DNA of 64,000 nt from an uncultured delta proteobacterium. GTDB lineage: Bacteria > Myxococcota_A > Polyangia > Polyangiales > JAFGIB01. The stretch covers positions 224,001 to 288,000 of the forward strand of contig CAVZVA010000005.1 of assembly GCA_963778655.1 (NCBI GenBank), in the 5' to 3' direction. The position numbers and the translations under genes were made by a program. Under the pieces are notes generated by a model, which saw nothing but the letters and a program-made list of their open reading frames with translations, was not told the DNA's origin and ran no database searches. Of the stretch, positions 37,298 through 46,594 are shown one piece after another. Each line of letters starts with the position of its first letter. The stretch's first letter is position 1.

Positions 37298-38839
37298 CTA
37301 CGCCTGCGACAGCTCCGTGCCACCCGGCTCTTCCATGTGGTAACCCGCCTCGCCGTGGTCGGACGCGTCGAGCCCGAGCTCCTCGGCCTCGGCGTCGGGC
37401 CGCAGTCCGATCAGCGCCTTGACGATGCTGGCCAGCACGTAAGTTCCGACAATGGCGATCACCAGCGTCAGGCCGATCGCCTTGAGCTGCTCGATCCACA
37501 GCGTGTGGCCCACGATGCCTTTGAGGTTGACGTTGAGGTTGGGGTTGGCCTCGGGTGTAGCCAGAAAGCCCGTCACCAGCGCGCCGAGCGTACCCCCCAC
37601 GCCGTGCACGCCGAAGGTGTCGAGCGCGTCGTCGTATTTGAACACCGCCTTCAGCTTCGTGCACGCCAGGTAAGGCACGACGCCGGCCAGCAGGCCGATG
37701 ATCACCGCGCCATTGGCGGTGACGAAGCCGGACGCGGGCGTGATCACCACCAGACCGGCCACCGCGCCAGAGCAGAAGCCGAGCACCGTGGGCTTGCCGT
37801 TCGTCACCCACTCGATCGCCGGCCAGGTCGTGCCGGCCACGGCTGTCGCCAGCGTCGTCGCCGTGAACGCGGTAGCGGCGATGCCGTCCGCCGCCACCGC
37901 GCTGCCGGCGTTGAAGCCGTACCAGCCAACCCACAGCATGCCGGTGCCGACCATCGTCAGCGTGAGGCTGTGCGGCAGGAAGGCGCGGTGCCCGAAGCCG
38001 GTGCGCTTGCCGAGCATCAGGCACAACACCAGCGCCGACCAGCCCGAGGTCATGTGCACGACGGTTCCGCCCGCGAAGTCGACCGCCTTGATCTTCGCGC
38101 CCGCGTTCCACACTCCATTCATCAACCCGTCGGCGCCCCACACCATGTGAGCCTGCGGAAAGTACACGACCAGCATCCACAGCGTCAGGAACAGCATGAC
38201 CGCCGAGAACTTCATGCGCTCTGCGATCGAGCCCACGATCAGCGCGGGCGTGATGATCGCGAACATCAGCTGATACATCGAGAACACGTTGTGCGAGACC
38301 CAGTAGGCGTAGTCCGTGTTCGGCGTGGAGGTCACACCATTGAGGAACGCGTAGCTCAGGTCGCCGAGGAAGGGGCTGCCTTTGGCGAACGCGAAGCTGT
38401 AGCCGACCGCCCACCACAGGATGGTGACCATGCCGGCGCAGCCGCAGCACTGGGCCAGCACCGACAGCACGTTTTTTCTGCGCACCAGCCCGCCGTAGAA
38501 CAGGCCCAGCCCCGGCAGGGTCATGAACAGCACCAGTGCCGTCGAGGTCATCATCCAGGCGTTGTGGCCCGGGCCGGGGCCGGACAGCACCTTGGGCGCG
38601 CCGTTGGTCACGTAGGCCTCGAGGTCGGCGACCCGCTGGGCCAAGTCGGCGGAAGCGCCGGCGGGCTGCGCCAGTGCCCGCCGGGCCGCGAGCCCGACCA
38701 ATGCGAAGCCCGCCCACGCCAGCCATCCGCGGTTGGACCGGCGATGCCGGCTTGCCGCCGCGCACAGCCCGCCGAACCGGCCCGCAGCGCTGCAAGGACC
38801 TGACGCCCGCCCGATGTCCATCACGTTTCCACGAGCCAT
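37298..38839 (-). CDS. amtB: Ammonium transporter
   Basis: LVLFMT.PGL.LFYGG, QLMFAIITPAL, DFAGGTVVH, LWVGWYGFNAGS, DDALDTFGVHG. ATG 38839 has a GAGGTG RBS. Confidence 0.95.
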   Translation of the reverse strand: MARGNVMDIGRASGPCSAAGRFGGLCAAASRHRRSNRGWLAWAGFALVGLAARRALAQPAGASADLAQRVADLEAYVTNGAPKVLSGPGPGHNAWMMTSTALVLFMTLPGLGLFYGGLVRRKNVLSVLAQCCGCAGMVTILWWAVGYSFAFAKGSPFLGDLSYAFLNGVTSTPNTDYAYWVSHNVFSMYQLMFAIITPALIVGSIAERMKFSAVMLFLTLWMLVVYFPQAHMVWGADGLMNGVWNAGAKIKAVDFAGGTVVHMTSGWSALVLCLMLGKRTGFGHRAFLPHSLTLTMVGTGMLWVGWYGFNAGSAVAADGIAATAFTATTLATAVAGTTWPAIEWVTNGKPTVLGFCSGAVAGLVVITPASGFVTANGAVIIGLLAGVVPYLACTKLKAVFKYDDALDTFGVHGVGGTLGALVTGFLATPEANPNLNVNLKGIVGHTLWIEQLKAIGLTLVIAIVGTYVLASIVKALIGLRPDAEAEELGLDASDHGEAGYHMEEPGGTELSQA

Positions 38840-38928
38840 GGCCGCACCTCGCTGTAGGCGGGCAGGATTCCGGAGCACCCACTCGAAGCGCCTGCCCGCC
38901 TCGATGGGCTGCAAGCTAGCCGTGTAAT

Positions 38929-38974
38929 ATTTCCGACAGGTTTCCGAATTCCTGCCGGCTGGTTTCGTGGAAAC
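38929..38974 (-). promoter_or_regulatory. Phased GAAA(C/T) repeats upstream of amtB (putative regulator binding site)
   Basis: (A/G)TTTC at 38929, 38940 and 38962 (11- and 22-bp spacing), plus palindrome GTTTC-GTG-GAAAC at 38962-38974, in an AT-rich island. Confidence 0.45.
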
Positions 38975-38995
38975 AATCCAGGGGCTGGGCCGAGC

Positions 38996-40012
38996 TCAGC
39001 CGTCGATGTCGAGCACCACCTTGCCCAGGTGCCGGCCGGCGCGGAGGTGCTCGCAGGCCTCGGCGACGGCGCTCATGGCGAAGCGCCGCACGTCGATCAC
39101 GGGATGTAGGCCGTGGGCCCCTACCACCCGCAACAACTGCTCGCTGGTTTCACGCGATCCGACCACCACGCCCTGCAAGCGCACCTGGGGCAGAAACACG
39201 TACGGCAAGTGAATCTCCTGCCGCGCACCTGAGAGCACGCCGATCAAGCTGATCGTGCCGCCGGTGCAGACCGCCCGCAGGGACTGGCCGAGCGTGCCTG
39301 CACCGCCCACCTCGATCACGTGATCGACGCCACGCCCGCCGGTCAGGCCGCGTACCGCCTTGCCCCACTCCGGCGTGCGCACGTAGTTGAGCGTGTGGTC
39401 GGCTCCCAGCGCCTGCGCCCGCTGTAGCTTGTCGTCGCTGCTGGAAGTGACGATCACCCGCGCTCCCAGCAGCTTGGCCAGTTGCAGCGCGAACAGCGAG
39501 ACGCCGCCCGTGCCTTGCACCAGCACCGTGTCCGCCGGACCCACGCGTCCCAGCACCGCCAGCGCGTGCCAGGCCGTGACCGCGGCGCAGGGCAGGGCGG
39601 CCGCCTCGCGCAGGCCGAGCCCGTCGGGCAATCGGCAGACGCCCTCCTGCGACAGACAGCACAGCTCGCACAGCACTCCGTCGAGCGGCCCGCCCAGGCT
39701 GGTGGCGAGCGCCCGCGGCGTCGGCGCGCCCGCGATCCAGCCCTGGAAGAAGCAGCTCATCACCCGGTCGCCCACCGCCACGCGCCGCACGCCGTCGCCG
39801 ACGGCGACGACCTCGCCTGCGCCATCGCTGAGCGGAATCAGCGGCGTGCGGATCTGGGCGCCATACCCGCCCGCCGCGACCACCAGATCGCGGTAGTTCA
39901 GCGAGGCGTGGCGCATGCGGACTAGAACCTGCCCTGGACCCGGCTGCGGATCGGGGCGCTGGACCAGCCGCAGCTGCTCGATGCCCACGCCCTGAAGCTC
40001 GATCGCGCGCAT
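38996..40012 (-). CDS. NAD(P)-dependent MDR-family alcohol dehydrogenase/oxidoreductase
   Basis: SLNYRD, PLSDGAG, PCAAVTAW, QGTGGVS, GKVV. Confidence 0.92.
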   Translation of the reverse strand: MRAIELQGVGIEQLRLVQRPDPQPGPGQVLVRMRHASLNYRDLVVAAGGYGAQIRTPLIPLSDGAGEVVAVGDGVRRVAVGDRVMSCFFQGWIAGAPTPRALATSLGGPLDGVLCELCCLSQEGVCRLPDGLGLREAAALPCAAVTAWHALAVLGRVGPADTVLVQGTGGVSLFALQLAKLLGARVIVTSSSDDKLQRAQALGADHTLNYVRTPEWGKAVRGLTGGRGVDHVIEVGGAGTLGQSLRAVCTGGTISLIGVLSGARQEIHLPYVFLPQVRLQGVVVGSRETSEQLLRVVGAHGLHPVIDVRRFAMSAVAEACEHLRAGRHLGKVVLDIDG

Positions 40013-40071
40013 GGGTGCAGCCTACACCCGCGCGGGGGCCTCGCGTGCAAGCGCCGGCACCGGCGCGCCGC

Positions 40072-41172
40072 TCAAGGACGCTTGGGCTGGGTCCCGGCCG
40101 CAAAGCGGGGACTACGGGCGCGGCCGGTACCGATCGGCTTGGGGGCGAGGTCGCCTGCGCGGGCGTGCGCCTGCCGCGGCTGGCCATGCGTGGTGGCGAC
40201 CATCACGCGGTTGCGCCCGCACCGCTTGGCCTCGTACATCGCGCGGTCGGCGCGCTCCTCGAGGGCCTCGGCACTCTCGCGGCGGTCCCAGGTGGCGACG
40301 CCGATCGAGACCGTCTGCCGCAGGCACAGCCCGTCGCCTGCGGCGAGCGGCTCGCGCTCCAGCTGCTGGCGCAGCCGTTGCGCCACCCACAGCGCCTGGC
40401 GATCCGCGGTCGCCGGCATGATCAGCACGAACTCCTCACCACCGCGCCGCACCATGACGTCCACCGCGCGCACGCACGCGCGCACCGTGTCGGCGAACGC
40501 GCGCAACACGCGATCGCCCACCGCGTGGCCGTGGCGATCGTTGACGTGCTTGAAATGGTCGAGGTCCATCAGCAGCACGCTGAGCGGTTCGGCGTGGCGC
40601 GTCGCGCGCTCCATCTCCTCGCACAGGCGTGGCAGCAGGTAGCGGCGGTTGTACGCCAGCGTCTGGGAATCGGTCAGCGAGAGGCGTCGCAGCTCCGCGG
40701 TGCGCAGCGCCTGGGCCGCGGCCCCGGCCAGCAGCAGCGCCATCGCTTCGTCGGTGTCGTCGAAAGCTTCGCGCACCGGAGACGAGAGCGAGAGCACGCC
40801 CAGCGTTCCACCGCCTCTGCACACCGGCACCGAGAGCACCGAGCCGACCGCAAACCCGCGCTCGCGCCGATCGACGAAGCGCGGCTCGCGCAGGCTGTCG
40901 CCCACGCGCGCGGAGCGTCCGTGCTCGGCGACCCAGCCGAGCACGCCCTGGCCTTTGACGAAGGGTAGGGCGGGCCCCTGGGCCCCGACCCCGGAGCGCG
41001 CGCCAATCTCCATGCGGCCGTCCGGCCCGCACAGCCGCAGCGAGGCGTGGTCGGCGGCGATTAGCTTGAGGGCGGCGTCGGTGACCGCTTGCAGGGGAGA
41101 GGCCCCGCTCGCTTCCTCGTCCAGCAGGCGCTGGGTCATCTCAGTCAGAATGCCGAGCGCCTCTGGATGCAT
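40072..41172 (-). CDS. GAF-GGDEF diguanylate cyclase
   Basis: GAF (GQGVLGWV, SVLSVP), DLDHFK.VND.HGH..GD, RAVD I-site, GGEEF. Confidence 0.92.
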   Translation of the reverse strand: MHPEALGILTEMTQRLLDEEASGASPLQAVTDAALKLIAADHASLRLCGPDGRMEIGARSGVGAQGPALPFVKGQGVLGWVAEHGRSARVGDSLREPRFVDRRERGFAVGSVLSVPVCRGGGTLGVLSLSSPVREAFDDTDEAMALLLAGAAAQALRTAELRRLSLTDSQTLAYNRRYLLPRLCEEMERATRHAEPLSVLLMDLDHFKHVNDRHGHAVGDRVLRAFADTVRACVRAVDVMVRRGGEEFVLIMPATADRQALWVAQRLRQQLEREPLAAGDGLCLRQTVSIGVATWDRRESAEALEERADRAMYEAKRCGRNRVMVATTHGQPRQAHARAGDLAPKPIGTGRARSPRFAAGTQPKRP

Positions 41173-41470
41173 GCCCGCTGATTCTATTCACGCGGCGCAA
41201 AATCCAAGTAAAAATAGCGTGACAACAGAAGAAATCGCCGTGCGGGCCGGGTCGGCGCGACTCAGGATCAAGCCGGCGGGAGATCTGATTCGCTTTCTAT
41301 TCTAGGTAGTTAGCGTCGCGACCCAAGGATGCGCTGCAGCCCTGCGGGCATGCTCGCTTCGGAGCGCGAAACGAATTTCGCGCGAGCCTTTGGCGTACCC
41401 GAGCTGGGGCACGACCCCCTGGTCCTGAATCGCTTTTCCACTCCCGAACGGCGTGCCAAGATGCCGCCCG

Positions 41471-41728
41471 ATGCCTGCGCGTGTGGCCCGGCCAACCCTG
41501 CTCATCCTGGTGGCGACCTTCGGCTTGCTCACCTCGCTCGCCGCGTGCAGCGCCATCGTGCATCCCGACAGCGGCTCGCTCGGACCGACGCCGGTGGCGT
41601 GCACGCCCGGCCTGCAGGTCAGCTGTCCTTGCGTCGGCGGCGCAACCGGCCAGCAGCTCTGCAACTACGGCGGCAGCTTCGATCCGTGCGTGTGCCCCTC
41701 GGGCGGCGCCGGCGCGAGTGGACACTGA
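41471..41728 (+). CDS. Small Cys-rich lipoprotein
   Basis: LAAC lipobox; CTPG...CPC.GG..G.Q.C......C.C myxobacterial Cys module. Confidence 0.65.
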   Translation: MPARVARPTLLILVATFGLLTSLAACSAIVHPDSGSLGPTPVACTPGLQVSCPCVGGATGQQLCNYGGSFDPCVCPSGGAGASGH

Positions 41729-41744
41729 GCCGAGCGAGCCAGCG

Positions 41745-42113
41745 CTAGCTCTTGACCTCGAACTCCCAGCGGAAGGTGGCGTCGCCGTCACGCGCGTCCG
41801 GCGGATCGATGGCCAGGCCGTCGATCGCGTTCACCACGCACTGGCCCAGGCCCGCGGGTGCGGTGCTCGCCGCGTCGACCTGCGGCGAGGTGATCTTGCC
41901 GGTTTCCTTCTTCACGGTGAAGCGCACCACCACCGTGCCGGCCGCCTTGGGGTCCTGCTTGAGCGCGGCGTCGTAGCAGCTCTTGATGTCGGCGTTCTTG
42001 GTCTCGAGCAGCTCGCGGGTCACCTTGCGATAGGATTCGGCGTCGCGGGCGTGGAAGGAGCAGCCGCCGAGCAGGCCGAAGCAGAGCGCCGCTGCACACA
42101 GGGTCGTCCTCAT
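41745..42113 (-). CDS. Lipoprotein with AgmX/PglI C-terminal (TonB-C-like) domain
   Basis: LGGC lipobox; IKSCYDAALKQDP..AGTVVVRFTV...CV. Confidence 0.72.
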   Translation of the reverse strand: MRTTLCAAALCFGLLGGCSFHARDAESYRKVTRELLETKNADIKSCYDAALKQDPKAAGTVVVRFTVKKETGKITSPQVDAASTAPAGLGQCVVNAIDGLAIDPPDARDGDATFRWEFEVKS

Positions 42114-42769
42114 GGGGCCTTCTCCTCTTTACCGGCGTCTTGCGAGGTCTTCGTCGAGCCCACTTCCTTGCGCTTGCCGGTCTTCGGATCGATCTCGTAG
42201 GTCTTCTTGACCTGGTCTTGTTCCGTGATCAGGAACTCCACGCGCCGGTTCTTTTCCTTGCCTTCAGGTGTGTCATTGCTGGCAATCGGCTTGGACTCGC
42301 CGAAGCCCCTGGCCGTGAGGCGCGCCGCGTCGACCCCATGGTCGACCAGGTATTTCATCACGGCTTGCGCGCGCCCTTCGGAGAGCTTGAGGTTGTACTG
42401 GTCCGAGCCGTCGCTGTCGGTGTGCCCCTCGATCGAGATCTTCTTCAGTTGGGGGTTCTCCTTGACCACTGAGACGATCTCGTCGAGCAAGCCGTTCGAC
42501 TCGGGCTTGATCGTGGACTTGTTGAAGTCGAATTGGATCTTCTCGGTGATCACGATCTTGTCTTGGGTGACCTCCACCCGCTTGGGCTTGGGCGGCGGCG
42601 CAGGAGGCGGCGGAGGCGGTGGGGGCGGCTTGCCCACCACCACCAGCGCGCTGGCGTCCGAGAAGGCCATGGTTCCGCCGCAGCCGCTGGCCGCCGCCGC
42701 AGCGCACAATGCCAGGGCCAGGTTTGCTAACGCTCGATGGGCTCGAGCCGTGGTGTCGAGATCGCGCAT
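42110..42769 (-). CDS. OmpA-family peptidoglycan-associated lipoprotein
   Basis: ASGC lipobox, IQFDFNK, IEGHTDSDG...NLKLS..RA, NRRVEF. Confidence 0.92.
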   Translation of the reverse strand: MRDLDTTARAHRALANLALALCAAAAASGCGGTMAFSDASALVVVGKPPPPPPPPPAPPPKPKRVEVTQDKIVITEKIQFDFNKSTIKPESNGLLDEIVSVVKENPQLKKISIEGHTDSDGSDQYNLKLSEGRAQAVMKYLVDHGVDAARLTARGFGESKPIASNDTPEGKEKNRRVEFLITEQDQVKKTYEIDPKTGKRKEVGSTKTSQDAGKEEKAP

Positions 42770-42921
42770 AGCTCTCCGTGCGAGGCCGCACCTCGCGGTA
42801 CCCCAACTGCGAGACCGGCCGAGCATGCGGACTGCGTGACGGTTTTGCAACCCTGTCTGCACGAACGCGGCGCGCCTTGGCCGGCCGCCGAGCTTCGGCT
42901 ACAAGCGGCTCGAGACCAGCG

Positions 42922-43569
42922 ATGGTGATCGCGCCCCTGATCGGTTTCGCGTTTGGATTCGTGGGCTCGATGCCGGTGGCGGGGCCGATCGGGATCCTGG
43001 TGCTCGGGCGTGGCCTGCAGGGGCGCGCGCGGGCCGGGGTCTTCCTCGGCCTGGGCTCGGCGATCGCAGAGAGCGTGTACGCCTACCTCGCGTTCTGGGG
43101 CTTCGCGAAGCTGTTGGCCGGCCACCCTTGGATCGAGCCCGCGAGCCGGGCGCTGGCCGCGCTGATCCTGCTCGGGCTCGGCCTGCGCTTCGCGCTGCAG
43201 CGTCCCACTCCGGATTCGGTGCGTCTGCCGCCGGAGCCCGCCGGCGGCGAGCGGCGCAGCTTCCTGTTGGGCATGACCATCACCGCGCTCAATCCCATGC
43301 TGATGGTCAGCTGGAGCGCCGCCGTGACCATGCTGCACTCGTTCGACGTGGTCTCGTTCCACGCCAGACACGCGCTGCCGTTCTCGCTCGGCGTCTGGCT
43401 CGGCATCTCGAGCTGGTTCGTGCTCTTCACCAGCCTGCTCGGCCGTTTCAAGGGTCGCTTCCGGCGTTCCACCCTCGACGGCCTGCTGCGGGTCATGGGC
43501 GTGGTTCTGATAGTTCTGGGCCTGGTGTTCGCGGTGCGCTTCGCTCTCTACGTCGGCTCCGTGGGTTGA
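42922..43569 (+). CDS. LysE-family translocator
   Basis: GSMPVAGPIG, TALNP, about six TM helices. Confidence 0.85.
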   Translation: MVIAPLIGFAFGFVGSMPVAGPIGILVLGRGLQGRARAGVFLGLGSAIAESVYAYLAFWGFAKLLAGHPWIEPASRALAALILLGLGLRFALQRPTPDSVRLPPEPAGGERRSFLLGMTITALNPMLMVSWSAAVTMLHSFDVVSFHARHALPFSLGVWLGISSWFVLFTSLLGRFKGRFRRSTLDGLLRVMGVVLIVLGLVFAVRFALYVGSVG

Positions 43570-43720
43570 AGACCGACAGTGTGCGCGATCAGGCGACTCC
43601 TTTGGGAGCCGGGGTGCTCGGGCCCATGCGCCGTCTGGTATTCTGGAGGAGTCGTTTGAGGCCCATCTGCCCGCAGCCTGCAAAGGAGTCGGCGGGGGCC
43701 ATGTCTCGAGAACCGGCGAC

Positions 43721-44761
43721 GTGAGCGCGGCTCCTCTCAAGGTACTGGTCGTCGACGACGACGACGACATCGTGTCGATGGTCTCCGCCGTGCTGCGCAA
43801 CCACTATGACGTGGTGCGAGCAAACGACGGCAAGAGCGCGGTGGCCGCCCTCGAGCAGCACGAGGTGGCGGCGATCATCGCCGACCACATGATGCCCGGC
43901 ATCACAGGCGTGGAGCTGCTCGACGCCGGTCACGCCTTGAGGCCTGCGGCGGCGCGCATTCTGATCACCGCCTCCGACCGGGTCAACGTGCTCAAGGACG
44001 CCGTCAACCTGGCGCGCGTGCACCGCTTCGTATCCAAGCCGTTGCGGTTGAAGGAGCTGCCCACGCTGATCGGCAATGCGATCCGCGAGGCGCAGCTCGA
44101 GGCCGAGAACGCGCGGCTGGTGACGGAGCTCGCCGCCAAGAACGACGAGCTCAACCTCATCAACGGGCGGCTCGAGGCCGAGGTGCGCCAGCGGACCCAA
44201 GAGCTGCAGATCGCCGTGCAGAAGCTGGAGCAGCTGGCCCTTCGTGATGGGCTCACGGGTCTGTTCAACCACCGCTACCTGCAGGAGGCGCTGGAGGCGG
44301 AGCTGGCCAGGGCAAAGCGCCACAACCACTGCTTGTCGATCCTGTTCATCGACGTCGACCACTTCAAGGTCTACAACGACCGCAGTGGGCATCCCGCAGG
44401 CGACAAGCTGCTCGGGCGCATCGCGGATCTGTTGGTGGGCGGCCGCAACAGCGGCCTGCCGCAGCAGGTGCGCGTCTCGGACATCGCGGCCCGCTACGGC
44501 GGCGAGGAATTCGTGCTGGTGCTGCCGGAGACCGGTCTCGACGGAGCGCTGGTCAAGGCCGAGCGCATTCGCCGCACAGTCGCGGAATTTCCCTTCGACG
44601 GGGCACAGGACCAGCCCGGCGGCAGGCTCAGCGTCAGCATCGGCGTCGCCGCATTCCCGCAGCACGCGACCGAGAAGAAGCAGCTGATCGAGGTCGCGGA
44701 CCGCGAGCTGTATCGGGCCAAGCGCTCCGGTCGCAATTGCGTGTGCGCGCCGGACCGCTGA
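43721..44761 (+). CDS. Response regulator-diguanylate cyclase (REC-coiled coil-GGDEF)
   Basis: VLVVDDD, DHMMP, SKP; DGLTGL.N, RVSD I-site, RYGGEEF. Confidence 0.93.
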   Translation: MSAAPLKVLVVDDDDDIVSMVSAVLRNHYDVVRANDGKSAVAALEQHEVAAIIADHMMPGITGVELLDAGHALRPAAARILITASDRVNVLKDAVNLARVHRFVSKPLRLKELPTLIGNAIREAQLEAENARLVTELAAKNDELNLINGRLEAEVRQRTQELQIAVQKLEQLALRDGLTGLFNHRYLQEALEAELARAKRHNHCLSILFIDVDHFKVYNDRSGHPAGDKLLGRIADLLVGGRNSGLPQQVRVSDIAARYGGEEFVLVLPETGLDGALVKAERIRRTVAEFPFDGAQDQPGGRLSVSIGVAAFPQHATEKKQLIEVADRELYRAKRSGRNCVCAPDR

Positions 44762-44795
44762 GCCCGCTTGCGATCGAACGCCCTCGGCCTAGGGA

Positions 44796-45704
44796 CTAGC
44801 GCTTTTCGGCCGGCTTGATGATGATCTCCACGCGGCGGTTCTCGGCGCGACCGTCGCGCGTGTTGTTGTCGGCGATCGGACGGTCGGGACCGATGCCGAC
44901 CGCGGTGATCGACTCGGCGGGAACGCCGCGCGAGACCAGGTAGTTCATCACCGCCTGCGCGCGCTCTTGCGAAAGCTGCATGTTGAAGTCGTGGCTGCCA
45001 CGCGAATCGGTGTGGCCCTCGACCACGATGTTGTGCTCTTCGGCCTGCGGCGCCAGGGTTCCGGCCACCAGCGTCAGCTTTTGCTGCGCGGCCCCGGTGA
45101 GCGTGGCCTTGCCGGACTGGAACAGCACGCTGCCGGGCAGCACGATGACTGTGCCGCGGGTCTCTTCCTTGACGTTGACCGCGGCCGCTTCGGCCAGCTT
45201 TTGCATCGCCTCGTGGTAGCGCTTCTCGGCGTCCTCTCTGGCCTGACGCTCGGCGGCGAGCTGCTCGGAGGTAACGTTGAGCTGCAGGTTCTTCTGCGAC
45301 AGGATCGCCTTGGTCCGCGCCAGCTCGCCCTTGGTCCGCGCGACCTCATCCTCCTGCAGCTTCTGGTAGTCCTCTTCTGCCTTGGCCAGCTCGGCTTCGG
45401 CGGCCTTGGTGTTGGCCTTGGATTGAACCAGCTGTGCGGTGCGCAGCGCGACATAGGCCAGGGCGTACGTCTGCGGCGATTCGGGGTCGTCTTCGTACGC
45501 GCTCTCGGCCGCGTTGAGCGCGACCTTGGCGGTGTGCAGGTCCGCCGGCGTGTACTGGGCGGCCTTGCCCGAGCGCGCCTGGTTATAGGCGGCGCGCGCG
45601 TCCAGCAACTCGCGCGGCGGCGGCGTGGTGGCGCAGGCCGTCAGGCAAAAGGCCAAGAGCAAAAGACCGCGAGTCCAAGTCATGGTCGCCTCCGTCGTGT
45701 GCAT
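44796..45704 (-). CDS. DUF4398 + coiled coil + OmpA lipoprotein
   Basis: LTAC lipobox, VLFQSG, VEGHTDSRG, LSQERA, NRRVEI. Confidence 0.88.
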   Translation of the reverse strand: MHTTEATMTWTRGLLLLAFCLTACATTPPPRELLDARAAYNQARSGKAAQYTPADLHTAKVALNAAESAYEDDPESPQTYALAYVALRTAQLVQSKANTKAAEAELAKAEEDYQKLQEDEVARTKGELARTKAILSQKNLQLNVTSEQLAAERQAREDAEKRYHEAMQKLAEAAAVNVKEETRGTVIVLPGSVLFQSGKATLTGAAQQKLTLVAGTLAPQAEEHNIVVEGHTDSRGSHDFNMQLSQERAQAVMNYLVSRGVPAESITAVGIGPDRPIADNNTRDGRAENRRVEIIIKPAEKR

Positions 45705-45711
45705 GGTCTTG

Positions 45712-46083
45712 CTATTGCCCCTTCTTCTGATCCGCCGCCTTGGCTTGATCCAGCTTGGTCTGTGCTTCCTGCGCCTTGGCCACCGTGTCCTGTTCCTTGG
45801 CGAGCGCGATCGCGAGCTCGGCATCGGCCTGGGCCCGCTTGAGCGTGAGCTCGGCGCGCTCGTTGTAGCCGTCCTGCATCAGACGCCGGGCCTTCTCCGT
45901 TTGCTCCTGGGCGAGCTTCAGATAAAGCGCCGCCTGGGGTACCGAGCCGGAGCCGACCTCCTCGGCGCCGCGGATCGCGGCTTCGGCGGTCGTCAAGCGT
46001 TCGGTGGGTGGCGGGTAGCTTCCGCAGGCCATCGCCGAGACGAGGAGCGCAGCGGCCAAGCCGGGAATCGAGCGTCGTGTCAT
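45712..46083 (-). CDS. DUF4398-like lipoprotein (partner of the OmpA gene)
   Basis: AMAC lipobox, AEAAIRGAEEVG...AQADAELA. Confidence 0.75.
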   Translation of the reverse strand: MTRRSIPGLAAALLVSAMACGSYPPPTERLTTAEAAIRGAEEVGSGSVPQAALYLKLAQEQTEKARRLMQDGYNERAELTLKRAQADAELAIALAKEQDTVAKAQEAQTKLDQAKAADQKKGQ

Positions 46084-46594
46084 CGCTTGCCTCATTGGGA
46101 AGTGCCTTGGAGCCGGTCGCGGCGGTGCCAGGATATCAAGGAACTGCTTTTGCGGAAAACCGAAGATTCGTGCCGGCGGCGGCGAATGTAGCAAAGTATT
46201 CACCGGCAGGGAGGGTTGCGTACCGCAGCAAGGGCGATCCGGCCATGCTCGCAGACACGATCGTGCCCAGCGTGCACGCGCGCTGGCGCGGGTGCCACGC
46301 GCGGCGTGAGCCCCACGCTGGCGACGGGTCGAAAAAGGGTGCGCAAAGGTGCAGGCCTGAGCGTCGAACAGGTACGCGGTCCCTGCAGGTCCCCCGCGGC
46401 CGTGCTACATCAGCGGTCATGATACCGGAGGAGCGCTCGCAGCGTTCGGAACGCGGGCTGTCGCGCCGGGCGCTTGCTGCGGGGAGCCGCCGCGGCATCC
46501 GCCTCGCCGAGGTGGGCGGCTGGCATGCAGGCCGCGCTCGCCCTTTGCCGGAGCGAGCGCGCTGAGCTGGACCAGCCCGCGACCCAACAGACCC

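Noticed and set aside
40072..44761. Hypr (3',3'-cGAMP-forming) GGDEF enzymes
   Set aside because: Both keep the Asp in GHxxGD (GHAVGD, GHPAGD) rather than the Ser characteristic of Hypr enzymes.
46419..46565. Attenuator leader peptide upstream of DAHP synthase
   Set aside because: The short ORF has only one Trp and no Phe/Tyr run, and there is no U-tract terminator.
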